Below are positions 30,432-39,910 of a DNA stretch of 64,000 nucleotides, in pieces. This stretch comes from a virus. The position numbers and the translations under genes were made by a program. The number at the start of each line of letters is the position of its first letter. Positions within the stretch are counted from its first letter, which is position 1. A model generated the notes under the pieces. It worked only from the letters and a program-made list of their open reading frames with translations, was not told the origin of the DNA and searched no databases. Location of the stretch: the IMG/VR virus record IMGVR_UViG_3300015360_000025; one strand, written 5' to 3'.

Positions 30432-32108
30432 ATGGATCTGAAGTCACTCACGGAAGGCATGCACCAAATCGACCGCCAGAAGGAAACTGTGGCGCTCGTT
30501 GAGAAGTGGGACCGCACCGGCCTCCTCAAGGGGTTGAACGACAACCCGACCAACAAGCTGAAGAGCAACATGGCTCGGCTGTTGGAGAACCAGGCTGGGC
30601 AGCTCCTCAGGGAGTCCAGCCAGGTCGCTGACATCGCTGGTTTCCAGAATGTCGCGTTCCCGATCGTCCGTCGCGTGTTCGCTGGTCTCATCGCCAACGA
30701 GCTCGTCTCTGTCCAGCCGATGAGCTTGCCTTCAGGCCTGCTCTTCTACATGGACTACCGGTACGACTCGGTCAAGGCTGGTAACAAGTCGAAGTCGTTC
30801 GCCGCGGGCGGATCGCTCTTCGGCGACCAGAACTCGCTCCAGGATGCACAGGGCGCAGGCTCGCTCTACAACCTGGCCACCTCGTTCTCACAGCGTGAGA
30901 AGATCGCGACCGGTTCGTTCTCCGGCTCGCTGTCGACCCCGACGCTCGCCGAGATCGGATATGACCCCGACCTCTCAGGCACCCTGGCTGCAGGCCTCGT
31001 CCAGAAGCTGACCCTCGCGGGCGCGTTCTTGGCAATCTCCTCGTCTCCGGAGTCTGTTGGTGACGTGGCGTCGGTCAAGCAGTGGGTGGCGGCCTCCGGC
31101 TCGTCTGTCGTGGCTTCCTCGACCACGGACGGTACCCCCGTTCGCCTCGGTCTTAGCACGATCGTTCGTCGGCACACCAAGATCAGCGGCAACGATCTGT
31201 TGTTCATCCTCGACAACACGGACGGCGCCCCGACCGGTCTCGAAGCAGTCAAGGTCTCCTACCTGGTCGGCTCCAAGCTGCTCGGTGGAACCTCCGGTAC
31301 CCTCACGATGCCTGAGTGGGAATCGGACCTGGGCGCGAGCCCGATGCCGGTCATCCCGGAACTCGATCTTCGGATCCAGTCCGTGGCCGTCACCGCCTCG
31401 AGCCGCAAGCTGCGCGCGAAGTGGACCCCAGAGCTTGCTCAGGACCTCGCGGCCTACCAGAACCTGGACGCCGAAGTTGAGCTCACCCAGGTCCTCTCCG
31501 AGGCCATCGCCCTCGAGATCGATCGTGAGATCCTAGCCGAGCTGCTCTACCGTGCAACGGGAGCGAACGAGTTCTGGAGCCGCAAGCCAGGCAAGTTCCT
31601 CAACAAGTTCACTGGCGACACCGCAACCGGCGCATCGTTCACCGGTACGGTCCGCGAGTGGTACGAGACCCTGATCGAGACGATCATCGACGTCGCCAAC
31701 CAGATCCACCGCAAGACTCTGCGTGGAGCTGCCAACTTCATCGTCACGTCACCCGACGTGGCGACCGTCCTCGAAGCATCGGTGTTGTACAAGCCGGTTC
31801 TCTCGATGGACCCGAAGGAGACCATGTTCTCCGTCGGAACTGAGAAGGTCGGCACGCTGAACAGCCGGTTCACGGTCTACAAGGACCCGTACTTCCCCAG
31901 GAACAAGATCCTGGTCGGGTACAAGGGATCGAGCTTCCTAGAGACCGGGTTCGTGTACGCCCCGTACGTCCCGCTGATCGTCACCCCGACCATCTACGCT
32001 CCTGAGGACTTCACTCCTCGAAAGGGCGTGATGACCCGGTACGCAAAGCAGATGGTGCGCTCCGACTTCTACGGAACGGTCACTGTCCAGGACCTCGAGA
32101 TCATCTGA
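30432..32108 (+). CDS. Major capsid protein (T4 gp23-like)
   Basis: RRVF..LIANELVSVQPMSLPSGLLFY; RKLRAKWTPELAQDL; EIDREI; YAPYVPL; TPRKGVMTRYA. Confidence 0.97.
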   Translation: MDLKSLTEGMHQIDRQKETVALVEKWDRTGLLKGLNDNPTNKLKSNMARLLENQAGQLLRESSQVADIAGFQNVAFPIVRRVFAGLIANELVSVQPMSLPSGLLFYMDYRYDSVKAGNKSKSFAAGGSLFGDQNSLQDAQGAGSLYNLATSFSQREKIATGSFSGSLSTPTLAEIGYDPDLSGTLAAGLVQKLTLAGAFLAISSSPESVGDVASVKQWVAASGSSVVASSTTDGTPVRLGLSTIVRRHTKISGNDLLFILDNTDGAPTGLEAVKVSYLVGSKLLGGTSGTLTMPEWESDLGASPMPVIPELDLRIQSVAVTASSRKLRAKWTPELAQDLAAYQNLDAEVELTQVLSEAIALEIDREILAELLYRATGANEFWSRKPGKFLNKFTGDTATGASFTGTVREWYETLIETIIDVANQIHRKTLRGAANFIVTSPDVATVLEASVLYKPVLSMDPKETMFSVGTEKVGTLNSRFTVYKDPYFPRNKILVGYKGSSFLETGFVYAPYVPLIVTPTIYAPEDFTPRKGVMTRYAKQMVRSDFYGTVTVQDLEII

Positions 32109-32139
32109 TTAAGTCCCCTAGCTTAGGCTAGAAACGAAC

Positions 32140-32174
32140 GGCCCCCTTGGGAAACCTCGGGGGCCTTTCTTTTT
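32140..32174 (+). terminator. Rho-independent terminator after MCP
   Basis: GGCCCCC...GGGGGCC stem with an inner GG-GAAA-CC hairpin, followed by TTTCTTTTT. Confidence 0.85.
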
Positions 32175-32263
32175 CCAGACAGCTGGTGATTCCGGACTTT
32201 CCGGTCCTTTCCTGATCTTGTCCTCTAGTTAGCTAGAGGTGTGTCCTTCCCGCGGAGATCAAG

Positions 32264-32587
32264 ATGAAAGACCCCAAGACCCCATCACTGACCGAAGTTT
32301 TCAAGAAAGTTCTTAAGGAGGCGGGCGGAACAACGTTCTCTCCATCTCAGTCCGAAGCCGCTACACCGCCTCCTGGTCCACCCCAGAAGGCCGCCACACT
32401 ATCTGGACACGTTCCCGTGCCTGGTTCATTTGAGGAGTCCATCACTGACTTCCTCACGGACAAGCACGGGTTCAAACCGTCGACCGATGCGTTGAAGGCT
32501 CTTGTTGACATTGTCAGGAATGACATTCAGAATTCAGAATTATCCGACCAGGAAAAGAAGATGACGGTCGCCGACATGAAGTTGTAA
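32264..32587 (+). CDS. Small hypothetical protein
   Basis: 107 aa preceded by GGAG; SLTEVFKKVLKE at the N-terminus. Confidence 0.6.
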   Translation: MKDPKTPSLTEVFKKVLKEAGGTTFSPSQSEAATPPPGPPQKAATLSGHVPVPGSFEESITDFLTDKHGFKPSTDALKALVDIVRNDIQNSELSDQEKKMTVADMKL

Positions 32588-32599
32588 GGAGTAACGCCG

Positions 32600-33751
32600 A
32601 TGGCATTCACAGTAGGATCGACTCCATTCGGGACGTTTGACTCGGACCCTGACTTCGCGGCTGAGGCGGACCGAATCCTCGACTTCACTTTCAAGAAGCT
32701 CGGTGACCCGGTCATGGAGGTGCACATGAGCGCCTCACAGGTATACGCGTCCTTCGAGGAAGCGGCCCTGGAGTTCTCCGCTCTCATGAACTCGTATCAG
32801 GCCAAGTCACTTCTGGCCTCTTTCCTCGGATCACAGACAGGGTCACTCTCGGGTTCTGAGCAGACCTATATCACACAGAACCTTGAGTTCCAGAAGAAGT
32901 TGGCCGAGCCGTACAGCGATTCTGGTCCGATTATGTTGGACACGTCGATCCCGTTGTACAGCGCCTCCATCATTCTGCAACCGGGTGTGCAGAAGTATAA
33001 CTTGAATACGATACTATCAGGAGTCCTGACTGGATCTGGTGGATCAAGACTAAAGATCAGAGAGGTCTTTCACTTCAGTCCGCTTTCCGCTTATCGTTTC
33101 TTCGGCACCACCTCGGCCGTGAACTACCTGAACAATCAGTTCAACTTTGAGTCGTTCACCCCTGAGACGATCTTCTACTTGCTTCCAATCTGGGAAGACA
33201 TCCTCCGCGGTATGCAGTTTGAGACGTCCAACAGGGTTCGCCGGTCCAACTACAGCTACGAGCTCCACGCCAACGAGCTGACGTTGTATCCGACTCCGAC
33301 AGACGCTCTACCGCTTCACTTCACGTATATGTATCCGCCGAACCCGACCCAACCTGGAACCATAGTTGGACTAAGCGGTTCTGCATCGATCGACCAGACG
33401 TTCTTCGGTGTCTCCAATCTCTCGAACGTTCCGTTCGGTAACATCGCATACAACAAGTTGAACTCTATCGCTAAGCAGTGGATCCGTAAGATGGCCTTTG
33501 CTCTCGCCAAAGAGATCGAAGGACAAATCCGCAGTAAGATGGCGACCATTCCGATCCCCAATGGTGACCTGACCCTCAACGGCCCAGAGCTCATCAACGA
33601 TGCTCGCGCCGAGCAGGACAGGCTGCGTGAGGAGATCAAGGCCATGCTTGAGGAACTCACCTACGACAAGCTCGCAGCTCGCCAGGCAGAAGTTTCCATC
33701 GCGGTTGAGGAAGTCATCAAGAAGATCCCTCTGCCAATCTACATAGGATAA
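32600..33751 (+). CDS. Neck/head-tail adaptor (T4 gp13-like)
   Basis: Position after MCP; KLGDPVMEVHM...; KQWIRKMAFALAKEIEGQIRSK...IP.PNGDLTLNG. Confidence 0.75.
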   Translation: MAFTVGSTPFGTFDSDPDFAAEADRILDFTFKKLGDPVMEVHMSASQVYASFEEAALEFSALMNSYQAKSLLASFLGSQTGSLSGSEQTYITQNLEFQKKLAEPYSDSGPIMLDTSIPLYSASIILQPGVQKYNLNTILSGVLTGSGGSRLKIREVFHFSPLSAYRFFGTTSAVNYLNNQFNFESFTPETIFYLLPIWEDILRGMQFETSNRVRRSNYSYELHANELTLYPTPTDALPLHFTYMYPPNPTQPGTIVGLSGSASIDQTFFGVSNLSNVPFGNIAYNKLNSIAKQWIRKMAFALAKEIEGQIRSKMATIPIPNGDLTLNGPELINDARAEQDRLREEIKAMLEELTYDKLAARQAEVSIAVEEVIKKIPLPIYIG

Positions 33752-33755
33752 TACC

Positions 33756-34196
33756 ATGACCGTCCCAAAGATGACAGAGTTGTTCACCGAAGCTCCGCTA
33801 GATTGGAAGAAGTCTTTCAAGAAGGCGCAGAAGACCGTCATGAAACACGCCGGTGCATTGCCAGCAGGCGCGGCCAGAGGACTCGAGGTTCCCAAGGGAG
33901 CCAAGCCACCGCCCGAGGCAAAGCCCATCCGTGGTAAGGGTGGTCCTCATGACGATCCTCTCAAGACTGTAACGACCGCCGAGATGTTCGAGACGGAAGC
34001 CGGTAGCTACTACGTTTCCCGTGGCGTCAACGGACGATACTACTGTGTGTTCGTGGACTCGAATGTCCAGAAGGCCCGCGACCTTGGGGAACATCCGAGT
34101 CGTAAGGAGGCACTCGACGCCGTCCTCGCCGACCACGATAAGACCGCAGCTGGCATCGGAGAGGCGGAAGAGTGCGAAGGTAAGGAGACTTCCTGA
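33756..34196 (+). CDS. Hypothetical protein
   Basis: 146 aa tiling between the neck genes. Confidence 0.6.
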   Translation: MTVPKMTELFTEAPLDWKKSFKKAQKTVMKHAGALPAGAARGLEVPKGAKPPPEAKPIRGKGGPHDDPLKTVTTAEMFETEAGSYYVSRGVNGRYYCVFVDSNVQKARDLGEHPSRKEALDAVLADHDKTAAGIGEAEECEGKETS

Positions 34197-34708
34197 TGGC
34201 TAGGAAATTTATAACTCAAAGAGAAATTGATTTTATCGATAAGATCAATCGCGAGTTGATCCAGAAGGTCGTCGGTCAGGAGGTCAGCTATTTCGAGATC
34301 GACCTCCAGAAGAGCAAAGCGAATCGGCTCTACGACGAGGCCATCGAGAAGGTGTGGAAGCCACCCGTACTGGTGAACGCCCGTGTCTTGTGGGACAACC
34401 CCAGCTCCGTCTCGAACAACATGGGCATCGATTCCAAGTACACGGCCGAAGTTTACTTCCACCGAGATGAGTTGGACAACAGGAATGTCTCGCCTAAGGA
34501 AGGAGACTTCCTGGAGTTCGGGCAAGTCTTCTTTGAGATAACATCAGTCACTACTCCTCAAATAGTCTTCGGACAGGTCAACAATAGGATCATGACCAAG
34601 TGCGTTTGCGTGCCCTCTCGCGAGGGACAGTTCCAGTCGGGAGGCCGGAGCAGCGAAGCGGTGGACAATACACACCCCATCGAGAATACAAAACACAAGC
34701 TACCCTAA
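34196..34708 (+). CDS. Neck/head closure protein (T4 gp14-like)
   Basis: RELIQKVVGQEVSYF...LYDE...PKEGDFL..G..FFEI pattern; position in the neck module. Confidence 0.7.
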   Translation: MARKFITQREIDFIDKINRELIQKVVGQEVSYFEIDLQKSKANRLYDEAIEKVWKPPVLVNARVLWDNPSSVSNNMGIDSKYTAEVYFHRDELDNRNVSPKEGDFLEFGQVFFEITSVTTPQIVFGQVNNRIMTKCVCVPSREGQFQSGGRSSEAVDNTHPIENTKHKLP

Positions 34709-34716
34709 GGAACTCC

Positions 34717-35490
34717 ATGCGAACCATTTCCCTCTTTTTACTGATCATGTCCATGCTGTCTTGCTCATGTTTCCGTAGGTTTCCGGACCCAGGTGGGCAG
34801 GATGCCAGAGATATGATGACACAGACGGTCAAGGTGTCAGTCATGGTAGCTGGAGTCGAGCTTACCAAGAATGAGAATGGTGACGTCGTCGGTGAGGAGA
34901 AGGTGATATCCTGGATGGGATCGGGTGTCATCCTGGAAGTCGATTCCAAGAAGGGCAAGGGAGAGAGCTTAGTCATGACTGCCGGTCACGTCTCCAACGT
35001 CCCACCAATGATCGCGAAGAAAGATGATGAAGGTAACCTTCAGTCGTTGTTCCTCGTACAGGCGTCCATGACGGTTATCGAGACATTGGATGGGAAGACG
35101 TGTCTGGCTGAAGCTGTCTACTACGACGGTCCACACGACCTCGGAGTCATCCAAGTATTCTGCGTTGCAGGACGTGTGGCCGAACTGGCCGACGGTCTTC
35201 CCCCTATCGGTTCTGCCATCTCTGTCTCCGGAGCTGGACTTGGTTACCATCCAGCCGGACTCTTCTTGGTCGAGGACGGCCGTTACCTCGGTCTGGCAGA
35301 CGGAAGGGATCCTGATGTCGTCATGTCCGTCCCTGTCGTCGGTGGTCACTCGGGTTCCGGTGTCTTCCACCATGGCAAGGTGATCGGCATCGTGACCAAG
35401 GTATTCACAAGGTTTGAACACGGGTCCTTCGCCACCGGTGTGGATCACGTCAGGCGGGCCCTCGAGGCTGCCAGAGAGAACAGAATCTGA
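34717..35490 (+). CDS. Trypsin-like serine protease with a probable lipoprotein signal
   Basis: Start MRTISLFLLIMSMLSC at 34717; triad motifs TAGHV, DLGVI, GGHSGSGVF. Confidence 0.85.
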   Translation: MRTISLFLLIMSMLSCSCFRRFPDPGGQDARDMMTQTVKVSVMVAGVELTKNENGDVVGEEKVISWMGSGVILEVDSKKGKGESLVMTAGHVSNVPPMIAKKDDEGNLQSLFLVQASMTVIETLDGKTCLAEAVYYDGPHDLGVIQVFCVAGRVAELADGLPPIGSAISVSGAGLGYHPAGLFLVEDGRYLGLADGRDPDVVMSVPVVGGHSGSGVFHHGKVIGIVTKVFTRFEHGSFATGVDHVRRALEAARENRI

Positions 35491-36335
35491 TGGCTGAGGA
35501 ACATAGCCACTACCAGAGCATCACCCTCGAGACCATCGACCAGGCTGTCAAGGACTGGTTCGATAAGACGGTTGATTCTCACGTGAAGTTTCCGAACGGT
35601 GACCGAAAAAAGGTTCACGTCGGATTCTCTTCGGGAGAGCGTTGGATTACAGCGCGTCAAAAGAAGGGAGTGCGCGACAACAATGGGGTCCTCATCCTCC
35701 CGATCATCTCCATCCGTCGGAGCGGGATCGAACCGACCCCGTCCATGTCCGCCTTGGGTACCGAGACGGCCACTCTTCAGATCTCGAAGCGTATCACAAA
35801 GAAGACGAATGACCTGATGAACCTCAATCGACACCGGGACGCCGCCCACAGAACCCCGGCGAAGCCCGTCCTCTATGAAGTCACCACGATCCCGTTCCCT
35901 GATCGCTCGATAATAACCTACGAGATTCAGGTCCAAGCCCAGTACATCCTCCAGATGAATTCTATCCTAGAGAAGATGTTCCACGAACTTGATATCAGCA
36001 AGTCCTTCGTGGCCGAGTTCGACAACGATGGGCGTCACCCACCGATCGGGGAAGACTTCGAGAAGAGGGAGAAGCTCCACAAGTCATACGTCGTGGGGTT
36101 CTTCGATACGACTGTCACAGATGGCGGGAACTTCGAGGAGTTCACAGACCAGGAGAGAATCGTCCGCTTTAGCACAACCATCAGGGTACCAGCCATCCTC
36201 CAGTTAGATCCAGAAGGCGAGAAGTCCTCGCTCAAGGTGGAGCACACCTCCTACCTCCTCAACTTCGGAACGGAACGAACGACTTTCGTGGACGATCCAG
36301 AAGATGCCGACAAGATTTTCGGCGACCTGAAATGA
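35490..36335 (+). CDS. Tail terminator/completion protein (T4 gp15-like)
   Basis: Directly before sheath; LILPIISIRRSG; ITYEIQV..QY..QMN.ILE pattern. Confidence 0.7.
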   Translation: MAEEHSHYQSITLETIDQAVKDWFDKTVDSHVKFPNGDRKKVHVGFSSGERWITARQKKGVRDNNGVLILPIISIRRSGIEPTPSMSALGTETATLQISKRITKKTNDLMNLNRHRDAAHRTPAKPVLYEVTTIPFPDRSIITYEIQVQAQYILQMNSILEKMFHELDISKSFVAEFDNDGRHPPIGEDFEKREKLHKSYVVGFFDTTVTDGGNFEEFTDQERIVRFSTTIRVPAILQLDPEGEKSSLKVEHTSYLLNFGTERTTFVDDPEDADKIFGDLK

Positions 36336-36459
36336 TGTGTAGGTTGCGAGATATCGCGGGAAACAGGCCTTTTCGGCCATGTCCAGTCTAATTAGAACGT
36401 GAAGGACATCTCTGTATAAGTAGAGTCCGTCAACAAATTTCTTCGGGAGAGAAAATCAA

Positions 36460-38796
36460 ATGGCTCAAAAGTTCATGTCCCCGGGAGTGTTTACCACTGA
36501 AATCGACCTCAGCTTCCTTGCTCAGGGAGTTGCAGGGATTGGTGCCGTGGTCGTCGGTCGCACACCTAAGGGACCGGCTTTCTCGCCGACCTTCGTGAAC
36601 GGCCTCGACGCTTTCGCAGCTGTCTTCGGTGATCCCTCTCCAGACTTCATGTTGCCGTACGCTGCCAAGAACTATCTTAAGAACTCGAACGCCCTCACTG
36701 TCGTCAGGGTCCTTGGCCACGATGATGGTACTACGACTGCGAACGGAATGAACGCTGCCGGCGGCCTCACGGCGATTCAGGCGATTAGCGACGTCTCCGC
36801 CTCTCTCGGAAAGGCTCTGGCCGTTCTCCACCACACTGGAACACTCGCCGCCCTGACGATCACTGGTGTCGCGCTCGACGCCAACAACTTCGTCGTCAAG
36901 CTGACCGGCTCGTCTGGTGTGATCTTCGCCGCCACTGCCTCCTTCAGCAAGAACTCCTCGAATTACATTGAGAAGGTCCTCAATACAGATCCGACAAAGT
37001 TCACCACGTACGGACACTACCTCTACCAGAACTTCAGCTACGCCGTTCCAGCGACCTCGGCCTCTTGGTCAGCGGTAGGAATCAGTGGTTCGACGACAGC
37101 TTTCACCAGGAACTTCGAAGGTGGTCTTACAGCCTGGGTCAAGTCTCAGCCGATCGGTGGAATGGAATTCAACCTCTTCCGGTTCCACACCCTCTCGCAC
37201 GGAAAGGCGACAAACGACGACATCAAGGTGATGGTCGCCAACGTTAAGCCCTCCCCGTCGCCACTGGCTACCGCCTATGGCACGTTCGATCTGGTCGTCC
37301 GTCGGTTCTCCGACACAGATCAGAAAGTGATCACCCTCGAGACCTTCGTGGGTTGTAACCTTGATCCTTCCTCCAAGAACTTCCTTCCACGCAAGGTCGG
37401 AGAGGTCAACGAGGTCTTCGACACGGCCCAGCGAAAGTTCGTCGTCCAGGGAAACTTCCCCAACAAGTCCAAGCACATTCGTGTCGAGCTTGATACCGCA
37501 GCCAATGCTCCGGCCGAGGCTCTTCCATGGGGTCACCGTGGTTACGAGAAGGAGCTCTTCACTGGCCCTCTCGCCGACGTTCCTGACATGGTGCTGACGA
37601 TCAACCAATTCGATCGGAACGGAAACCTCGATCCGAACATCTCGTTCGGAATTTCCTTCGTGTCTGGTGGTATCGACGACAGGATGAAGGCGTTCCCGAA
37701 CAACACTCAGACCCTGCGCGGAGCTGATGCCGACTTCTCGCTCGCCTTCCTCACCTCTTCCTACTTCAACGGGAAGCAGGTCTGGTCGTACAACCCGGCC
37801 GTTCCCGCTTCACAGCAACACCAGGCCGTCTTTGCCTCGGCCTCGCTCTACCGGTTCAATCTACCGATGATCGGTGGGTTCGACGGATTTGACATCCGCG
37901 TAGCAGACTCCCTCTACCTGACCAACGTGGCAGATGACACAGACATCGGCGTCGTTTCTGCTAAGCGAGCCCTGGATACAGTCGCTAACCCTGACGCGTT
38001 CGATATGAACATCCTGGCGGTTCCTGGAGTCCACAATCTCAAGGTCACAGACAAGGCTCGCTCGGTCGTTAACGATCGTCGGGACACCATGTACGTTATG
38101 GACGTCACCGGATCGACCGTTGCCGAAGTCATCGGTCAGCTCTCCTCCCGGGAACTGGACGACAACTACTCAGCCTGCTACTACCCTGATCTGAAGCTGA
38201 ATGACAGGACGAACAATAAGATCATCAGGGTCGCCCCGTCGATAGCCATTCTCGGAGCGATCGCATTTAGCGACCGTGTCGGGCAAGTCTTCTTCGCACC
38301 GGCCGGTCTCAACCGCGGTGGTCTCGGACAGTTCGACATCATTGACGTCGTCGATCGCCTGACTTTCAGCGAGCGGAATGACCTGTACGACAGCAGGATC
38401 AATCCGATCGCCACATTCCCGAACGAAGGGATCGTGGTCTTCGGACAGAAGACACTCCAGGCGCTGCCGTCTGCCCTTGATCGGATTAACGTCCGTCGGC
38501 TCCTCATCTTCGCCAAGAAGACGATCGCAGCAGCCGCTAAGCTTCTGCTCTTCGAGCCGAACAACCCCCAGACCTGGCAGCGGTTCCTGAACGCAGTCAA
38601 CCCGATCCTGGAGAAGATCCGCCAAGACCAGGGAATCAACCGGTTCAAGGTTGTCATGGACACCTCGACGAACACCAACGACTTGATCGACCGGAACATC
38701 ATGACTGGAAAGATCTTCCTGGAGCCGACCAAGAGCGCTGAATTCATCGACCTCTCGTTCATCATCACGAACGCAGGCGTTAGCTTCGGCGAGTAA
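36460..38796 (+). CDS. Tail sheath protein (T4 gp18-like)
   Basis: MSPGVFTTEIDLS; FFAPAGLNRG; INPIATFPNEGIVVFGQKTL; LDRINVRRLLI; LFEPN. Confidence 0.96.
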   Translation: MAQKFMSPGVFTTEIDLSFLAQGVAGIGAVVVGRTPKGPAFSPTFVNGLDAFAAVFGDPSPDFMLPYAAKNYLKNSNALTVVRVLGHDDGTTTANGMNAAGGLTAIQAISDVSASLGKALAVLHHTGTLAALTITGVALDANNFVVKLTGSSGVIFAATASFSKNSSNYIEKVLNTDPTKFTTYGHYLYQNFSYAVPATSASWSAVGISGSTTAFTRNFEGGLTAWVKSQPIGGMEFNLFRFHTLSHGKATNDDIKVMVANVKPSPSPLATAYGTFDLVVRRFSDTDQKVITLETFVGCNLDPSSKNFLPRKVGEVNEVFDTAQRKFVVQGNFPNKSKHIRVELDTAANAPAEALPWGHRGYEKELFTGPLADVPDMVLTINQFDRNGNLDPNISFGISFVSGGIDDRMKAFPNNTQTLRGADADFSLAFLTSSYFNGKQVWSYNPAVPASQQHQAVFASASLYRFNLPMIGGFDGFDIRVADSLYLTNVADDTDIGVVSAKRALDTVANPDAFDMNILAVPGVHNLKVTDKARSVVNDRRDTMYVMDVTGSTVAEVIGQLSSRELDDNYSACYYPDLKLNDRTNNKIIRVAPSIAILGAIAFSDRVGQVFFAPAGLNRGGLGQFDIIDVVDRLTFSERNDLYDSRINPIATFPNEGIVVFGQKTLQALPSALDRINVRRLLIFAKKTIAAAAKLLLFEPNNPQTWQRFLNAVNPILEKIRQDQGINRFKVVMDTSTNTNDLIDRNIMTGKIFLEPTKSAEFIDLSFIITNAGVSFGE

Positions 38797-38878
38797 CGGA
38801 AAAGTCTAGTTGTGACAGTTTCAAAGATGGTGGCCGACATTGGCTATCCTTACAGCATGAGAGGGGAGAGAAAACAAA

Positions 38879-39898
38879 ATGCCTATTCATTCAATAAACG
38901 TGGATCCACAGAACGTAACTGGATCTGTATCCCTCTCTGAAGCTGCTGACGTAAACGTATCAAATTTCCCGGCAACTCAAAACGTCCTGGCGCTGTCGGG
39001 ATCAGTGGCCGGTCTCCTCGTGGGTGGGCAGCCAGTTTCATCTGCCAATCCTATTCCGATCTCAGGTTCGATTGGAGTGTCATTCGTAGATCAATACTCT
39101 GGTGGCGTCAGCGGTTCAATTCCTGTCTCGGCCTCTCTAGCGGGCTTTAGAGATCCTGGTGGTCTCCTCAAATACGCGAATGTAGATAATTTCGGCAACC
39201 AGATCATTACTGGCTCTGTAGGTATTAGTGGCGTTGTCAACGTATCCGTCATTAGCTCCTCGCATGCCGGAGGACTGAGCGGAAGTCTGCCGGTATCTGC
39301 ATCGCTGGCAGGATTCATCGGCGCAGATGGTACACTTCAAGCTGCCCATGTAGATGCATTTGGTAATCTGATTGTTACTGGTTCTGTCGGAATTGCTGGT
39401 GTAGTTAATGTCACAGGTTCTACTTCGACGATCGTAACGAACGTCGTAACGATCACCGGAAGCGTCAACATTGACGGCGTCAGTACTGTCTCTGGTGCCC
39501 TTCAGGTAACTGGTTCTGTAATCTCTCAGCAGGGTACTACGCCGTGGATTGTATCTGGCTCTAACTGGATCCCGACAGTAACAGGTTCGATCGTTGTAAC
39601 CAACAAGGTTGACACGAAGATCACTGCGCTCTCAGCCTCAGTATCATTTGTATCGGCAAGTGCAGGCGCCAGCGTCATACTCGTTTCGGCAAATCCGAAT
39701 AGACTAGGTATTACTCTGTACAATGATACGAATAAGAATGTCTATGTAAAGTTGGGGGTTTCTGCTTCTCTCAATGACTATACGACGCAACTCGCAAAAG
39801 ACGACTATTACGAGATCCCGTTTGGATACCAGGGAAGGATTGATTCGTTCTCTGCGGTTTCCGTTACTGGCGTGGTTAGGATTACAGAGATCTCGTAA
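38879..39898 (+). CDS. Ser/Gly/Val-rich repeat protein with a small C-terminal beta domain, probable virion appendage
   Basis: Internal duplicate GGVSGSIPVSASLAGF...VDNFGNQIITGSVGISG / GGLSGSLPVSASLAGF...VDAFGNLIVTGSVGIAG. Confidence 0.65.
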   Translation: MPIHSINVDPQNVTGSVSLSEAADVNVSNFPATQNVLALSGSVAGLLVGGQPVSSANPIPISGSIGVSFVDQYSGGVSGSIPVSASLAGFRDPGGLLKYANVDNFGNQIITGSVGISGVVNVSVISSSHAGGLSGSLPVSASLAGFIGADGTLQAAHVDAFGNLIVTGSVGIAGVVNVTGSTSTIVTNVVTITGSVNIDGVSTVSGALQVTGSVISQQGTTPWIVSGSNWIPTVTGSIVVTNKVDTKITALSASVSFVSASAGASVILVSANPNRLGITLYNDTNKNVYVKLGVSASLNDYTTQLAKDDYYEIPFGYQGRIDSFSAVSVTGVVRITEIS

Positions 39899-39910
39899 AG
39901 AAACGGGTGA

